Positions 1-12,600 of a stretch of DNA of 61,563 bases are shown here, piece after piece. Every line of letters starts with the position of its first letter. The first letter of the stretch is position 1. The position numbers were made by a program, and so were the translations under genes. The stretch is from Aurantiphycus algarum (GTDB lineage Bacteria; Bacteroidota; Bacteroidia; Cytophagales; Cyclobacteriaceae): positions 1-61,563 of the forward strand of contig CANLOR010001096.1 of assembly GCA_947492865.1 (NCBI GenBank), given 5' to 3'. A model generated the notes under the pieces. It did not search any database. It saw only the letters and a list, made by a program, of their open reading frames with translations, and was not told the DNA's origin.

Positions 1-198
1 CTATCCCGAGGATGGTCAACGCAGAGTGAAACAAAATGAACAGGAAGATATGCGATAGTTAAAAGCTAAGTTTGTATTATATGCTCATCACGATTTCTAT
101 CCATCAATTTGGGTTGAACCCGGATCATGCATTAGCCCTTCTATTGCGGTATTAAATAGCTTTAAATCAACATAAAATAGCATTATCATAAGCCTTTC

Positions 199-1818
199 TT
201 ACCCAATTTCCTCTACCACTTGCTTATCATAGAGCAGTTCTTTTTCACCGAACAGCCTCTCCGCTGTTATTCCCTTGCTCTGACACTCCGCCACCAATCT
301 ATCAGACTGAAGGATAGGATTGGATTCATCGGTATATTTCACACTGCTTATAAATTCGACCCAAGGTTCCTGCCCCATAGCATATACATAAGCCTCTTTG
401 GGATTAAAGATATTGACCAGGGACATCCCTTTTTCACAATCGGAACCGGCCAGTCTTCTACTGCCATCTTTGTCCCTGGAAAGCTCTTCGGTACGCAATG
501 GTCCGTATAACCATGTCAGTGGCGCTCCGTCGCATTCCATACCCAGAAATATGACATCGATATCTCCTACCTGCCGGTGGACATGCTCATACAGCCTAGG
601 TTCCATCACTCTGGAATCTGCTACGAAAAGCAGTGAAAACTCATCGATTTTTACATGAAAACAAGCTTTGGCCTGAATATTCAGATCACTGTGCTCACCC
701 GTAAAAGGCAGGCCCGTGACTTTGGTATCTCCGAAAGAAATGGTTTCCATCTCGTCGATTTCGATGATATTGTCAAATCCTATACGGTTGAACATCAACT
801 TTAGGTTAGGATCCTGTAGCACATTGGTATTGGTCCTGGGCACGATGATGTTTTTTACCTTGTGTCTCAAGGGGAGCAGTGTTTCGAACAGGATATGGTC
901 CTGGTGATTATGGGTAATCAATATGTAGTCTATCGTATCGGGCAGATCTAGGTCCGAAAAATGGTTGACGTTGGAGTGGTATCCATAATAACTGATGAGC
1001 GGGTCAACGAGAATACTTACTTCTTTGGTTTCGATAAGTATACAAGCGTGGCCAAAGTACCGCATTCGGATTTTATCCCCACTGTACTTTTCATAGCCTG
1101 GGTAGGGTGTTGTGGTAAAAAGGTTTTCCAGCAACGTTTCCTGCTGGCCGTCCAAGTCGAAGAACGATTTTATGTGTTCTATCGTCTGCGGTGTTCGCCT
1201 CATCTTACTGATTTCATCTATGCCGGGGTGGTCAAAAGGTATTCTCAGGTGCAAGACGTCCGGTTCTTCGAGTTTAGGGGTACTCAGACAAAATGGTCGA
1301 TGGTCATTATCGGTAATCCAGAAGGCAATACTCTGTGTTTGGGGTTTGTAGTACTTACTTTCATAGAGCAAGGACTCGAATACTCTGAAAGAGGCGTTGT
1401 CGTTGAGGTCATAGGTCAGTTCTACGTATCCTTTGAGGATTTCGGGAACTTCTTCATATAGAGGCTCTAATGAAAAACCTTTTGGGTGATTTTTAAGTAT
1501 GGTGTCGAGTTCCTTGATAGCTTCTGCCAGTGCTATCATGTCAGCTTGATCCCGCAAGGTATTTTCTTTGAGCGATTTCACATCGTCCACTCTTTTACCT
1601 TCAAAATCCATAAAAGGCCCACCCAACATTTTAGGATTCTTTACCGCAGCGGCATGTATCTGTGGAGCCTGGATATAGGAATTCATTATCTTTAAGTGAC
1701 GTCCTGTGATGTTCATCGCAGCTGTAGCCGGTGATATGAGATGGGCCCATGCATACCATCCTTCAACTAGTGGTTCGATGACTACATTGGGTTTGAGGTA
1801 AACTGATCTTTCACTCAT
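199..1818 (-). CDS. CmlA-like non-heme di-iron beta-hydroxylase (N-terminal domain + metallo-beta-lactamase fold), probably acting on a carrier-protein-bound amino acid
   Basis: Track ORF of 539 aa with ATG at 1816-1818. The MBL-fold metal motif HxHxDH reads as 'ITHNHQDHI'. Size and two-domain layout resemble CmlA-type beta-hydroxylases. It is the last gene of the NRPS operon. The function rests on family resemblance read by eye. Confidence 0.6.
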   Translation of the reverse strand: MSERSVYLKPNVVIEPLVEGWYAWAHLISPATAAMNITGRHLKIMNSYIQAPQIHAAAVKNPKMLGGPFMDFEGKRVDDVKSLKENTLRDQADMIALAEAIKELDTILKNHPKGFSLEPLYEEVPEILKGYVELTYDLNDNASFRVFESLLYESKYYKPQTQSIAFWITDNDHRPFCLSTPKLEEPDVLHLRIPFDHPGIDEISKMRRTPQTIEHIKSFFDLDGQQETLLENLFTTTPYPGYEKYSGDKIRMRYFGHACILIETKEVSILVDPLISYYGYHSNVNHFSDLDLPDTIDYILITHNHQDHILFETLLPLRHKVKNIIVPRTNTNVLQDPNLKLMFNRIGFDNIIEIDEMETISFGDTKVTGLPFTGEHSDLNIQAKACFHVKIDEFSLLFVADSRVMEPRLYEHVHRQVGDIDVIFLGMECDGAPLTWLYGPLRTEELSRDKDGSRRLAGSDCEKGMSLVNIFNPKEAYVYAMGQEPWVEFISSVKYTDESNPILQSDRLVAECQSKGITAERLFGEKELLYDKQVVEEIG

Positions 1819-1911
1819 GGTTGTTGTTCTATGATTAATAATGGATTGATTTTATTAGGTATTGACAATACTTCTTCTATTCTATTTTCCCTAAGGAAAT
1901 CGACCATATGG

Positions 1912-3573
1912 CTACTCCTGACGGAGCATGGCCTTTTTAACTACAGGTCTATCTTTCAGAATTTTCCCAAAACCAAAATCGATGACCCTATCGGCGCAGT
2001 TATAATAGTCATCATCATGTGTGACCGCAATAATGGTTTTTCCCATTTGTTTGAGCTTTGGCACAAACTCCCGGTAGAAATAGGCCCTAAAGCGGGGGTC
2101 CTGTTCTGCGGCCCATTCATCCAGTACGATAATCGACTTCTGCTCCAATAAGCTGTAGATCATCGCCAAACGCTTCTGCTGCCCTTTTGATAACCTGCTG
2201 TCGATTTTGTTATTTTCATAATCGACCTTCACTATTTCTTCGAGGTCCATCATTTGGATATAATCCTTTAGTACAACGACCTCTTTGGACAGATCGAAAC
2301 CATAGAAGTTTTCGTTGAATAGGTAATGATTCGTGAAGATAGCGGACATGCTGTCACTGTATCTTGGATAATCTTTGCTGGAAAGGACCTGCCCGTCGAT
2401 ATCGATACTGCCTCCTGAGGGTCTGTAAAGTCCCGTGAGGATATTTATAAACGTACTTTTACCACTCCCGTTTCCACCCGTTATGAATATAACCTCCCCT
2501 TTGGATATGGTCAGATCAATCGGACCAAGGGAGAAAACTTTGTGGTCATCATTATAGTAATCATAAGTAATGTCGTTGAAATTCATCTGATGAAAGTCTC
2601 CTGTTATAAAAGGGGGACTTTTCGGGTCGATGTAATCCGTCGTGAAGGATTTCAGGTCTTTTTCTATTCTGTATATCCTACTTAGGGCAATTTTCACATC
2701 CGTATAAAAGGGTAGGAACATAATGAGTCTCGCTATGGGCGCCATTAGAAAAAGAATGACGGCAATAAATGTAGTCGTCTGGACAGGATCAAAGGACAGT
2801 ATCTGAGGAAGAAGAAAAATAATGACACCGAGTACAACGTACCAACTATAGGTACCCACCAATTCGTTGTCCACATACTTTTTAGAGGCCCTTACTCCGA
2901 GAGCCTTGCCTTGTTGACGGTTCTCTTTAATGTAATTGTTGAACAGGTTATCATTTCTTGTGCTGCTCATTTTTATTTCCTTGAACCCATAGAGTAGCTC
3001 TCGTAGATAGCCATAGTAATGGTCGTGCAGATCTCTTATCTCGCTCAAGTCCCTTTCGATTCCTTTATTTCTCAAAAGATAAACCGTCAAAAGAATGCCC
3101 ATCACGGTCAGCACACTGACTCCTCCTATAGGAGAAATCCAGAACAAGTAACCTAATCCACATACGGTAATCACGGTCGAATTGATTGCATTGACGAAAC
3201 CCTCGGGCACCCTGGCCAGTACTCTAGTATCACTGATGGCCGTATAAAACCGCTGAGAACCCAATTTCTCGAAATTCTCAAAAGCTGTATGCCGGAGTTT
3301 ATCTACAATCGATAGCTCCAGCCCATACAGGATTTCATTGGTGACATTGACCATGTAGTTCTGAAACACCTTGCTCATGACAAATGAGAACACGATCAGT
3401 CCCGAAAAAATCAGCCAGTCATACTCTGGATATGGACCGATGGACTCTCCACTAATGGTATTATTGAGAAATACCAGTATGGAACTGTACACAAAACTGC
3501 TCACACCTCCCAGAAGTATAATGTAGATATAAAACAATCTGGATTTTTGCTGAAATATTTTAAAAACGTTCAC
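1912..3573 (-). CDS. Fused TMD-NBD ABC exporter of the cyclic-peptide transporter type (SyrD/PvdE/YojI-like)
   Basis: Track ORF of 553 aa with an apparent GTG start at 3571-3573. The N-terminal half is hydrophobic. Walker A reads 'GGNGSGKST', the ABC signature 'LSKGQQKRLA' and Walker B 'IIVLDEWAAEQD'. It starts 31 nt downstream of the TE-containing NRPS gene. Confidence 0.85.
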   Translation of the reverse strand: MNVFKIFQQKSRLFYIYIILLGGVSSFVYSSILVFLNNTISGESIGPYPEYDWLIFSGLIVFSFVMSKVFQNYMVNVTNEILYGLELSIVDKLRHTAFENFEKLGSQRFYTAISDTRVLARVPEGFVNAINSTVITVCGLGYLFWISPIGGVSVLTVMGILLTVYLLRNKGIERDLSEIRDLHDHYYGYLRELLYGFKEIKMSSTRNDNLFNNYIKENRQQGKALGVRASKKYVDNELVGTYSWYVVLGVIIFLLPQILSFDPVQTTTFIAVILFLMAPIARLIMFLPFYTDVKIALSRIYRIEKDLKSFTTDYIDPKSPPFITGDFHQMNFNDITYDYYNDDHKVFSLGPIDLTISKGEVIFITGGNGSGKSTFINILTGLYRPSGGSIDIDGQVLSSKDYPRYSDSMSAIFTNHYLFNENFYGFDLSKEVVVLKDYIQMMDLEEIVKVDYENNKIDSRLSKGQQKRLAMIYSLLEQKSIIVLDEWAAEQDPRFRAYFYREFVPKLKQMGKTIIAVTHDDDYYNCADRVIDFGFGKILKDRPVVKKAMLRQE

Positions 3574-3604
3574 TTTTCTTCTTTTTGGTTTGATGATTAA
3601 TTTT

Positions 3605-6600
3605 TTAAACCGTTTCGACTGATCTGATATTCATTATCTTGTCAGTGAGGGACAGTATATTTTCCTTGTTCAGGATTCCATAATGGTCTCCTTCAGTCTC
3701 TTGGACAAAACATCTTGCTTGGGTCAGCCGGTCCCACTCTTGCATATCAGTTGCACAAGGGTTGTCACGGGCTTCTATAGCGTAAATGTTCCCTTTTACC
3801 TGCCCTGTAGGTGTATAGTTATGGAGTGCGAGGAGGTTGGAGTGCAGGACCCGTCTCATAGTTTCAATATGTGATTCGGAAAGGACCGCCATCCAGTGCC
3901 TTAGCTCTGTATCGATTATATTTTCCAACTCATTGGTATCCATACTCTTTTGTGCTGTGCCCGGCACTTCCTTATCCACTAGTATCAGTGTTACCGTATA
4001 GCCTCTATTTTCGGCTTTTTTGGCCATCTCAAAAGCTATTGCGGCCCCCATGGAGTACCCAAAAAGGGTTACCTCCTTCGTATTCTGAGTTTTGAGTACT
4101 TGGCTCAATAAGGAGTCGGATATCGCATCGATACTGGTATCGGGCCGTTCTCCTTCATTATATCCTTTGTACTGCAAGCCCATACACTGATATCTGCCCT
4201 GAAGGAAGGAAGACAATCCTTTGAATATCAAAGGAGTACCGATAACAGGCGGAACCATATACAATTTTTCCGTTTTCCCTTCTTCCGCTTCATTGAGGGA
4301 TATCAATAAATCATCATCACGTTCTCCCTCTATATATGTTGCCAAGGATTGTATGGTAGGATGGTTGTAAATGTCCTTTAGTGTTACCTTTTCTCCTGTT
4401 TCGGTAAAAATTTGGGTAACGAGGGAAGCTGCTTTTAATGATTGTCCTCCTGATTTGAAGAAATTGTCCGTGATGCCGGGAGCGGTTTGTTCGAGTACCT
4501 TCGCCCAGGCTTTTTGGAGTTTTTGCTCTAGATCAGTACTAGCAGTGCTATATTCCTGTACTTGTTTGTTGGCATTGGGCAATTGGGTACTATCTATTTT
4601 ACCATTGGCCGTCAGTGGATAATGCTCTAGAAATACAAAGCTCTCGGGCACCATATATATCGGGAGCAGTCCTTCTACAGCTGATTTCAACTCCACTTCT
4701 GTACAGTGTTGAGCAGGGATTATGTAAGCCGCTAGGTACTTTGACCTCTCCTCTCCTATCACTACTACTTTAGCGGATTTTACCTTTTCATGACTCAATA
4801 GTACGCTTTCTATTTCTCCGAGTTCGATCCTATTGCCCATGATCTTTACTTGATCATCTTTTCTGCCCATGAACCGGATATTACCATCGGGCATCCACAT
4901 ACCCAAGTCTCCCGTGCGGTACCATCTGCTGTTTTCCACAAACAGATCATCCACAAAATTTTTGGCCGTGACGTCTTCATTATTGACATAACCCTCCGAA
5001 AGGCCCATGCCCGATATCAATAGCTCCCCTACCACACCGATACCGCATAGCTTATCACCCTCATCGACAATGTACACTTTCATGTTGGAGATGGGTCTAC
5101 CTATCGGAATATCGGAATTATTGATGTTTTCAAGTCTGAGGGACGTAGCTACCACTGTTGCTTCCGTAGGTCCATAATTATTGACCAAGCGAAAGCCGGG
5201 ATTATCCACTATAGCTAACTTATCACCACCTGTGAGAAGCAGTACGCTGGTGTTTAGAGGTACTTCCTTAACGAAGTTTTCACAAACGGGGGTGGGCAAA
5301 AAAGTATGTGTGATACCATTGAACGCTATATACTTACCTATAGCCAGTACATCCAGTTTCGCATTATCTTCGATAATATGTAGCTCTCCACCCGCTATCA
5401 AACAGGGCCATATCTCCCAGACCGCCGCATCAAATCCGATACCGGCGTACTGGGTCGTCTTACTTTCCTGCCCCACGTCAAATTCCGCATTATGCCATAA
5501 ACAAAGGTTCAATAGGCTTTTATGATTGACCATGACCCCCTTTGGCCGGCCCGTAGAACCCGAGGTGAATATAGTATAGGCCAGGTCGCCTTGTGCATAG
5601 TCGATGTCGAGGTTTTCAGCGGGAGACAGGAAATGTCTTTCCACGATATCCTGTAAAGCCATCGTACTTCGGGCTCCAAGCCTTTCGGGGTGCCTATCCC
5701 AGTATTTATCTACAATCAAAGTACTCAGTTCAGCATCAGCGATGATGTTCTTTATCCTGTCTTTTGGGTACGATGGATCTATAGGGACATAAGCTGCACC
5801 TGCTTTCATTATCCCAAGCATGGCTGTTATCGCATGGACATCCCTATAGGTGACAAGCCCTATCCGTTCGCCTCTTTTGAAAGGAACATTTCGCAGAAGA
5901 TCGCGAGCAAACTGGTTAGCCCTACGGTTCAGCTCGTCATAAGTAATATGTTCTTCCCCGCAATACACCGCCACACCCTGCTGTTTTAGGGAGGCCTGTT
6001 CTTCGAACAGTTGTATTACTGTTCTTGATGTGGGCAGGTGGAGTTCCGTAGCATTGAAATCTTCGCGTATCAGACGCTCTTCCGACTCATCGATATAGCT
6101 GATTTCCTTTATAGGGGCAGTGTCTCTTTCCACTAAGGCCGTCAGTAAGTTTTTAAAATGGGCCATGAGCCTATCGATACGGTATTTCCCGAATAGGTCC
6201 GTATTGTAATTCAGGTTCAGGTAAAGCTTATCGCTGACATTCTGAAAGGAAAAAGTGAGGTCAAACTTACTTGTACCGGTATCACTTGTTACCGCCTCGA
6301 CCTGAAGTGACTCCATACCAAACTCTTGCTCATCTATATTGCTTTCCTGCATCGTTACCATGACACCGAACAAGGGCGACCGGCTCATATCCTGTGGAAG
6401 ACCGAGTTCTTCTATCAGCTTATCAAATGGGTAGACCTGATGTTCGAAAGCATCTATCATGGTATCCCTGACCGATTCAATCAAATGAACAAAGCCTTTT
6501 TCAGCATCGATTTTTGACCTTAAGGCCAGTGTATTCACATAAAAACCGATCTGTTCCTCTAGGCCCGGATGATTTCTACCGGCAATGGGCGTACCTATAA

Positions 6601-9600
6601 TGATATCGTTTTGATGGGTGTACTTATATAATAAGGCTTTGGTAGAAGCCAATAGTACCATAAAAAGACTGGCCTTGTATTTTTTGCCAAGCCCCTCCAA
6701 ATCCTGTTTAAGCTCGCGACCAATGAGTATACTTTCAGTACTACCATTGTAGGTCTGAATAGCGGGCCTCACCCTGTCCATGGGTAGTTTCAGCACAGGT
6801 AGTTCTCCCTCAAACTGTTTCAACCAGTACGCCCTATGCCCATGCGTATCACCCTCATTATCTGACAGTTCTAGAACCTGCCAATGCGCATAATCCTTAT
6901 AGTGAAAAGGTAATGGTTCCAACTTGTGGGAAATACCGGAAGAACAGTAGTTGTAAAACAAAACCAAATCTCTGATCAGCAATTCCATGGACCAGCCATC
7001 AGAGATGATATGATGCATACCAAGAACAAGGACATGCTCCTCCGCGCTCAATTCCACTAATCTTAGCCTGATCAGTATACCTGCCTCCAAATCAAAATAT
7101 TCCGAAGTATAGTCATGGATCATGGAGGACAACCGATCTTCGTCCCATTCCCGATCACTGACATCGGTCTGTTCCAAGTGATAGTCATCTACAGAACGAA
7201 CATACTGTTTCAGGACTCCATCGATGGTCTTAAATCCCGTCCTGAGCACTTCATGCCGATAGAGAAGGTGCTTGAAACTTTCCGAAAGGGCCCTTACCTC
7301 CAATCGTCCCTTTATCCTATACACTTCGGACATATTATAGGCTCTTGCCTCCTTGCCTTCCAACTGATGCAAGATCCACAATCTTTTCTGGCCATGGGAC
7401 ACATCATAGTATTCTGATAAAGGAACTTTGGCAATTTCTCTTTGTATCTTGCCCTTTGACCCATCGATAATTTCACTCAAACCACCCAGTGTCGGTGTAG
7501 TAAAGATATCTCTTAGCTTGAGTTCTACACTCAGCTGTCGGTAGACCATGGAGATCATGCGCATGGCACTGAGCGAATGTCCCCCCAAGGAGAAAAAGTC
7601 ATCATCAAGGCCTACGCGCTCCACGGAGAGCAGATTCTCCCATATACCCGCCAGTTGTTTTTCCAGAGCAGTCCGGGCAGGGCTATGAGCAGTATACCCC
7701 ACGACTCCTTTAGAAGGTATGGGCAAAGACTTTATGTCCACTTTACCGCTTGTGTTCAGAGGGAATTCTTCCATCATTATGAACCGACTTGGGAGCATAT
7801 ATTCGGGAAGTACCTCACGAAGATGAGCTATCAACGTATCCTCTTCGGTCTCGCGGACCGTTTTACAATAGGCAGTAAGGTGCTCTACATGTCCATCATT
7901 CAACACGGGCAGCACTACGGCACCTTCTACTGCCGGATGACTTTCCAATTGGTGTTCTATTTCGCCAAGCTCAATACGGTAGCCCCGAAGTTTCACTTGG
8001 CTGTCCTTCCTACCGAGAAAGTCTATACGTCCGTCGGGCAGCCAGCGGGCCATGTCGCCCGAGCGGTACAGTTTCTCCCCAAGTACAAAAGGACTGTCGG
8101 TGAAGCGTTCCTCAGTAAGTTCGGGAAGGTTCAGGTAGCCTCTGGCCAGGCCCGCACCGGAGATGCACAGTTCTCCGGGCACACCGATAGGCTGTAGACG
8201 GAGGCCCTTATTGACGATATGGACCTTCGCATTTGGTATCGGGCCACCGATGGTAATGGAGTCATTTTTAGAGAGCTCGGTAAAAGTCGTGTCCACTGTC
8301 GCCTCCGTGGGGCCGTACACGTTGATCAGTCTACCCTCTGGGACAAGTTCATGGAAACGCTGTACCAGTGTTGTACGGAGGGGTTCTCCTCCTACCAGCA
8401 CGTAGCTTATACCCGATAGGGCTTCGACTTCTGCCGACTGTAGCAAGATTTCCAGAAAAGAGGGGGTAAGATCCACTATATCCGTCCTGTACCTTTCCAG
8501 AAAACCTAGGTACTCCCGTGCTGACTGTTTTACCGATGCCGGACTGACCACAAGTCTGGCCCCGTGTAGCAGAGGGGCGAACAGTTGCTGGACCGAAGCA
8601 TCAAAGCTGAACGATGCCGTCAACATTACCGACAAACCCTTCTCTCCGTACAGCATCCCCGCCAGCCAGCCAGTAAGGTTGACCACCGCACCGTGCTCTA
8701 CCATGACCCCTTTGGGACGGCCCGTCGAACCAGAGGTATAGATAACGTAGGCCAGATCAGTGGCGGATACCGAGACTGGAGGGCCGACCTCCTTGGGGGT
8801 CTCCAGATTGCAGGAACCGATATCAAGGACGGCACAAGGGCCGGAAATCGATACAGCTGGCCGAGCGCCCACCATCAGCAACAGGGATACACCCGAATCC
8901 TCCACTATATGATCGGTCCTTGATTGGGGGTAGTCGGGGTCCAAAGGTATGTAATGGGCCCCTGCCTTCAGCGTGGCCAGAATCGCCATAACGGTATCCA
9001 CCGAACGGTCAGTGGAAATCGCCACAGGATGACCTTTACCGACACCGCGTTCCCTCAATAGGTGCGCCAGTGCCGTGGACCGGTCATCGAGTTCTCGGTA
9101 GGTCAGCGAACGGTGGCCATCGGCTACCGCCTCCATGTCCGGGGTCTCCCCTGCCTGACGTACGAAAAGCCCGTGAAGAGTATCTTTAGGGGAGAGTTCT
9201 TGTGGCGTACCGCTACCGAAGTCCTCCAAGAGCAGCTTCTTCTCCTCGGAAGACAGCATATCGAGGCTCTCGAGTGCGGCATCGGGGGAGGCTATGACCG
9301 AGGCCACTAGCAGTTCGTAGTGCGACAGCATACGAGACACTGTATCGCGGGAGAACAGGTCCGTGCTGTAGTTGATACCGAGGTAAAGCCCCCGTTCGCC
9401 CTCCTCGAAGTTGAAGGTGAGGTCGAACTTGCTCCGGTCCATACCGGTACCCAGAGGCTCCACGGAGATGCCTTCCAGCTCCATGGCACCACCGATGACA
9501 CCCTCGGACCGCTGGAGGCTCACCATCACATCGAAAAGAGGGGACCTGCCCATGTCCCTGTCCAGCGAGAGACGGTCCACGAGTCTATCGAAAGGAAAGA

Positions 9601-12600
9601 TACCGTGCCGCAGCGCAGAGAGTACGTCCTCTCTTTCCTGCTCCATTAGAGTCCCGAAACCGGCTCCCCCGTCAAGTACGGACCGTAGGGCCAAGGTGTT
9701 CACGTAGAAGCCCGTCTGTCCCTCTAGGTCGGGGTGCTCTCTGCCTGCTGTGGGCGTACCGATGATGGTGTCCTCCTGACCGCTGTAACGGTACAACAGT
9801 ACCCTCACCGTGGCAAGTACCGTCATGAAAAGGCTCGCGCCGTACAGTGCGGAGAGCGATCTCAGTCCTTCCACTGTGGTTCTGGAGAGTTCCATACCCA
9901 CCGTATCGCCCTTATAGGTCTTCACTCTGGGACGAGGATGGTCCGTGGGAAGGTCAAGGACGGGAATATCTCCCTTGAACCGGCCCAGCCAATAGCTTTC
10001 ATGTTCATTGCCATGCGCGTCCAGTTGCTCTTGCTGCCAAGAAGAATAGTCCCTGTACTGTATCCGCAGTGGCTCACGATAAAGGTCGCTACCACTGGCA
10101 AGGGCATTGTAAACGGCAGTAACCTCACTGAGAAAAATGTCCATCGACCAGCCGTCGGAGATGATGTGGTGAAGGGTCAGTAGGAGGACATGCTCCTCAC
10201 CGGAGAGCCTCAGCAGGCCGGCCCGTAACAGTGGTCCTTTTTCAAGGTCGAAGGGAAGCAGTGCCTCCTCTTCGGCAAGCTCAAGGGCCCTTGCCTCTGG
10301 ATTGGCTTCCTCACGGAGGTCTCTCAGGTCCATCCCGAAGCCATGGAAGGCGCCGACCGTTTGCCTCACCTCACCATCGACCATACGGAAGGTCGTCCTC
10401 AGTGACTCATGACGGGACACGGAACGGCTAAAACCCTCTGACAGCGCCTCTATGTCGAGAGTCCCTCTGAGACGATAGGCGCGGGGCATGTTATAGGCCA
10501 CACTGGCTCCGTCTTCAAGTTCGTGCAGGACCCAGAGCCTCTTCTGTCCGTGGGATACACCGTAGTACTCCGAATTCGGAACGGGGGATATCATAGCGAA
10601 GCTGCTCCTATCGGCAGCCGATAGGACAGCGGCCAGGCCATCAAGGGTCGGGTTACGGAATACCTGTCGCAGCGTAAGTGCCACGCCCAGTTGTCCATAG
10701 ACCATGGATATCATGCGCATGGCACTGAGCGAATGCCCCCCTAGGGAGAAAAAGTCATCATCAAGGCCCACACGCTCCACAGAGAGCAGATTCTCCCATA
10801 TATCCGCCAGTTGTTTTTCCAGAGCAGTCCGAGGGGCCACGTAGACAGTTCCCGTAACATCGGACACTGCGGAGGGGGAAGGGAGCGCATCTATGTCCAC
10901 CTTGCCATTAGCAGTCAGTGGGAATTCCTTCAAAAAGAAGAAGCGCCCGGGAACCATATACTCGGGAAGAAGCTCTTCCAGATACGATGCTATTGACTTT
11001 AAAGATAAATCTTCTCTAGTTTTCAAGTATCCGACAAGACTCACTGTCATACCTTCCTTAAGTATGGGCATGACAACGGATTTTTCTACCTGTGGATACT
11101 CTTCCAATAATCTTTCTATTTCTCCAAGTTCAACTCTATACCCTCTCAGTTTCACTTGTCTGTCCTTTCTACCGATATATTCTATATGGCCATCGGGTAG
11201 CCAGCGGCCGACATCTCCCGACCTATATAGCTTTTCCCCTTTCCTGAAAGGGCTATCCACGAACTTTTCCTCAGTAAGCTTAGGACGGTTGAGATAACCT
11301 TTTGCCAAACCTGCTCCCGCTATACAGATTTCCCCCGGTACGCCTATAGGTTGTAATTGAAGGCTGTCATTGACTATATATATTCCTACGTTCGGCAAAG
11401 GCTTCCCTATGGTGACGGTATCCTCAAGCTCCACCCATGTGGCCGTAGCATCCACTGTGGCTTCGGTGGGGCCATACATGTTGAGAAGTCGACCATCGGG
11501 TACCCTATCATAAAATAGTCTGACCAAGCCCTCTTTTAGCGGCTCTCCTCCCAGTAGAACCGATTTGAGGTTTAGAAAAGTACTGCTTGACTCTGCGTAT
11601 TGAAGGATGACTTCCAGGAAAGAGGGTGTAAAATCAACGGTATCGACTTTGTTATCGATGATCAGTTTCAGATAGGACGCGGGAGACTGCTTGGACTCTT
11701 GTGTGCTGATCACCACTGTGGCCCCATGATACAGCGGAGCGAACAATTGCTTTACGGACATATCAAAACTAAAGGAAGAGGTATGCAATGCTACCATTCC
11801 GGTACGGTCGTACAAGAGTTCTCCAAGCCATTTGGAAAAATTGACTACAGAGCGGTGACGGACCATTACTCCTTTCGGGGTACCTGTTGATCCGGAGGTA
11901 TAGATTACATAGGCCAAGCTGTCAGAGCTTACTTTTACTTCATCAGGTTCGCTGAAGGCCATTTTTTCAAAATCAAGATCGTCAAACCTTATCACATTGA
12001 GCGCTATGATTTCCCGAACTTTTTTTGGGAGATCTCGATCGGTCAATAGCTGTCCTACATTGGAATCTTTCAAAATATAGGTTATTCTTGATGCAGGGTA
12101 TTCTGGATCTATAGGGATGTAATAGGCTCCTGACTTCAAGACGGCCAATATGCTGATGACCATTTCTGTAGAACGACCGACATATATGCCCACGGGATGT
12201 CCGGCTTTTGTACCCTTTGCCCGTAACATGTTCGCTAGCTTTGTTGTCTTTTCATCCAAAGACCTGTAAGTAATCGAACCGAACTCATCGACAAGGGCGG
12301 TCAGGCCCGGGGTTCTACTCACTTGGTCTTCAAACAAATCTTGTAGCGTTATGTCCTTGAAAAGTGTGGTATCGGTAGTGCTATTATTAAACGTATCCGA
12401 CAAAACGAGTCTTTCTTTCTCCGGTAGTATCGACAAAGTACTCAGGGGCCGCGATGGATCAAGGGTGAGTGAAAGTACCAATGTTTCATATTGGGCCAAC
12501 ATACGTTCGATGGTTTGATGTAGGAAAATATCCCTATTATAGTTGAGCCACAAATACAATCCTTCTTCTACTTCTTCAAAGTTAAAGGTCAAATCAAATT

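Larger units (their letters stand above)
7542..10980. other. Intragenic block of elevated G+C spanning T4-C5-A5-(N-half of T5) of the 6360-aa NRPS
   Basis: Hand counts of G+C per 60-nt line inside the block are 34/60 (7621-7680), 33/60 (9301-9360) and 37/60 (10861-10920). Outside the block they are 24/60 (7381-7440), 20/60 (10981-11040) and 23/60 (15601-15660). A local burst of long spurious plus-strand ORFs fits stop-poor GC-rich DNA. Confidence 0.8.

Noticed and set aside
1-198. Downstream flank of the last gene, inspected for a terminator or the end of another gene.
   Set aside because: I found no convincing stem-loop with a T-tract, and no ORF in the track. The stretch is too short to interpret.
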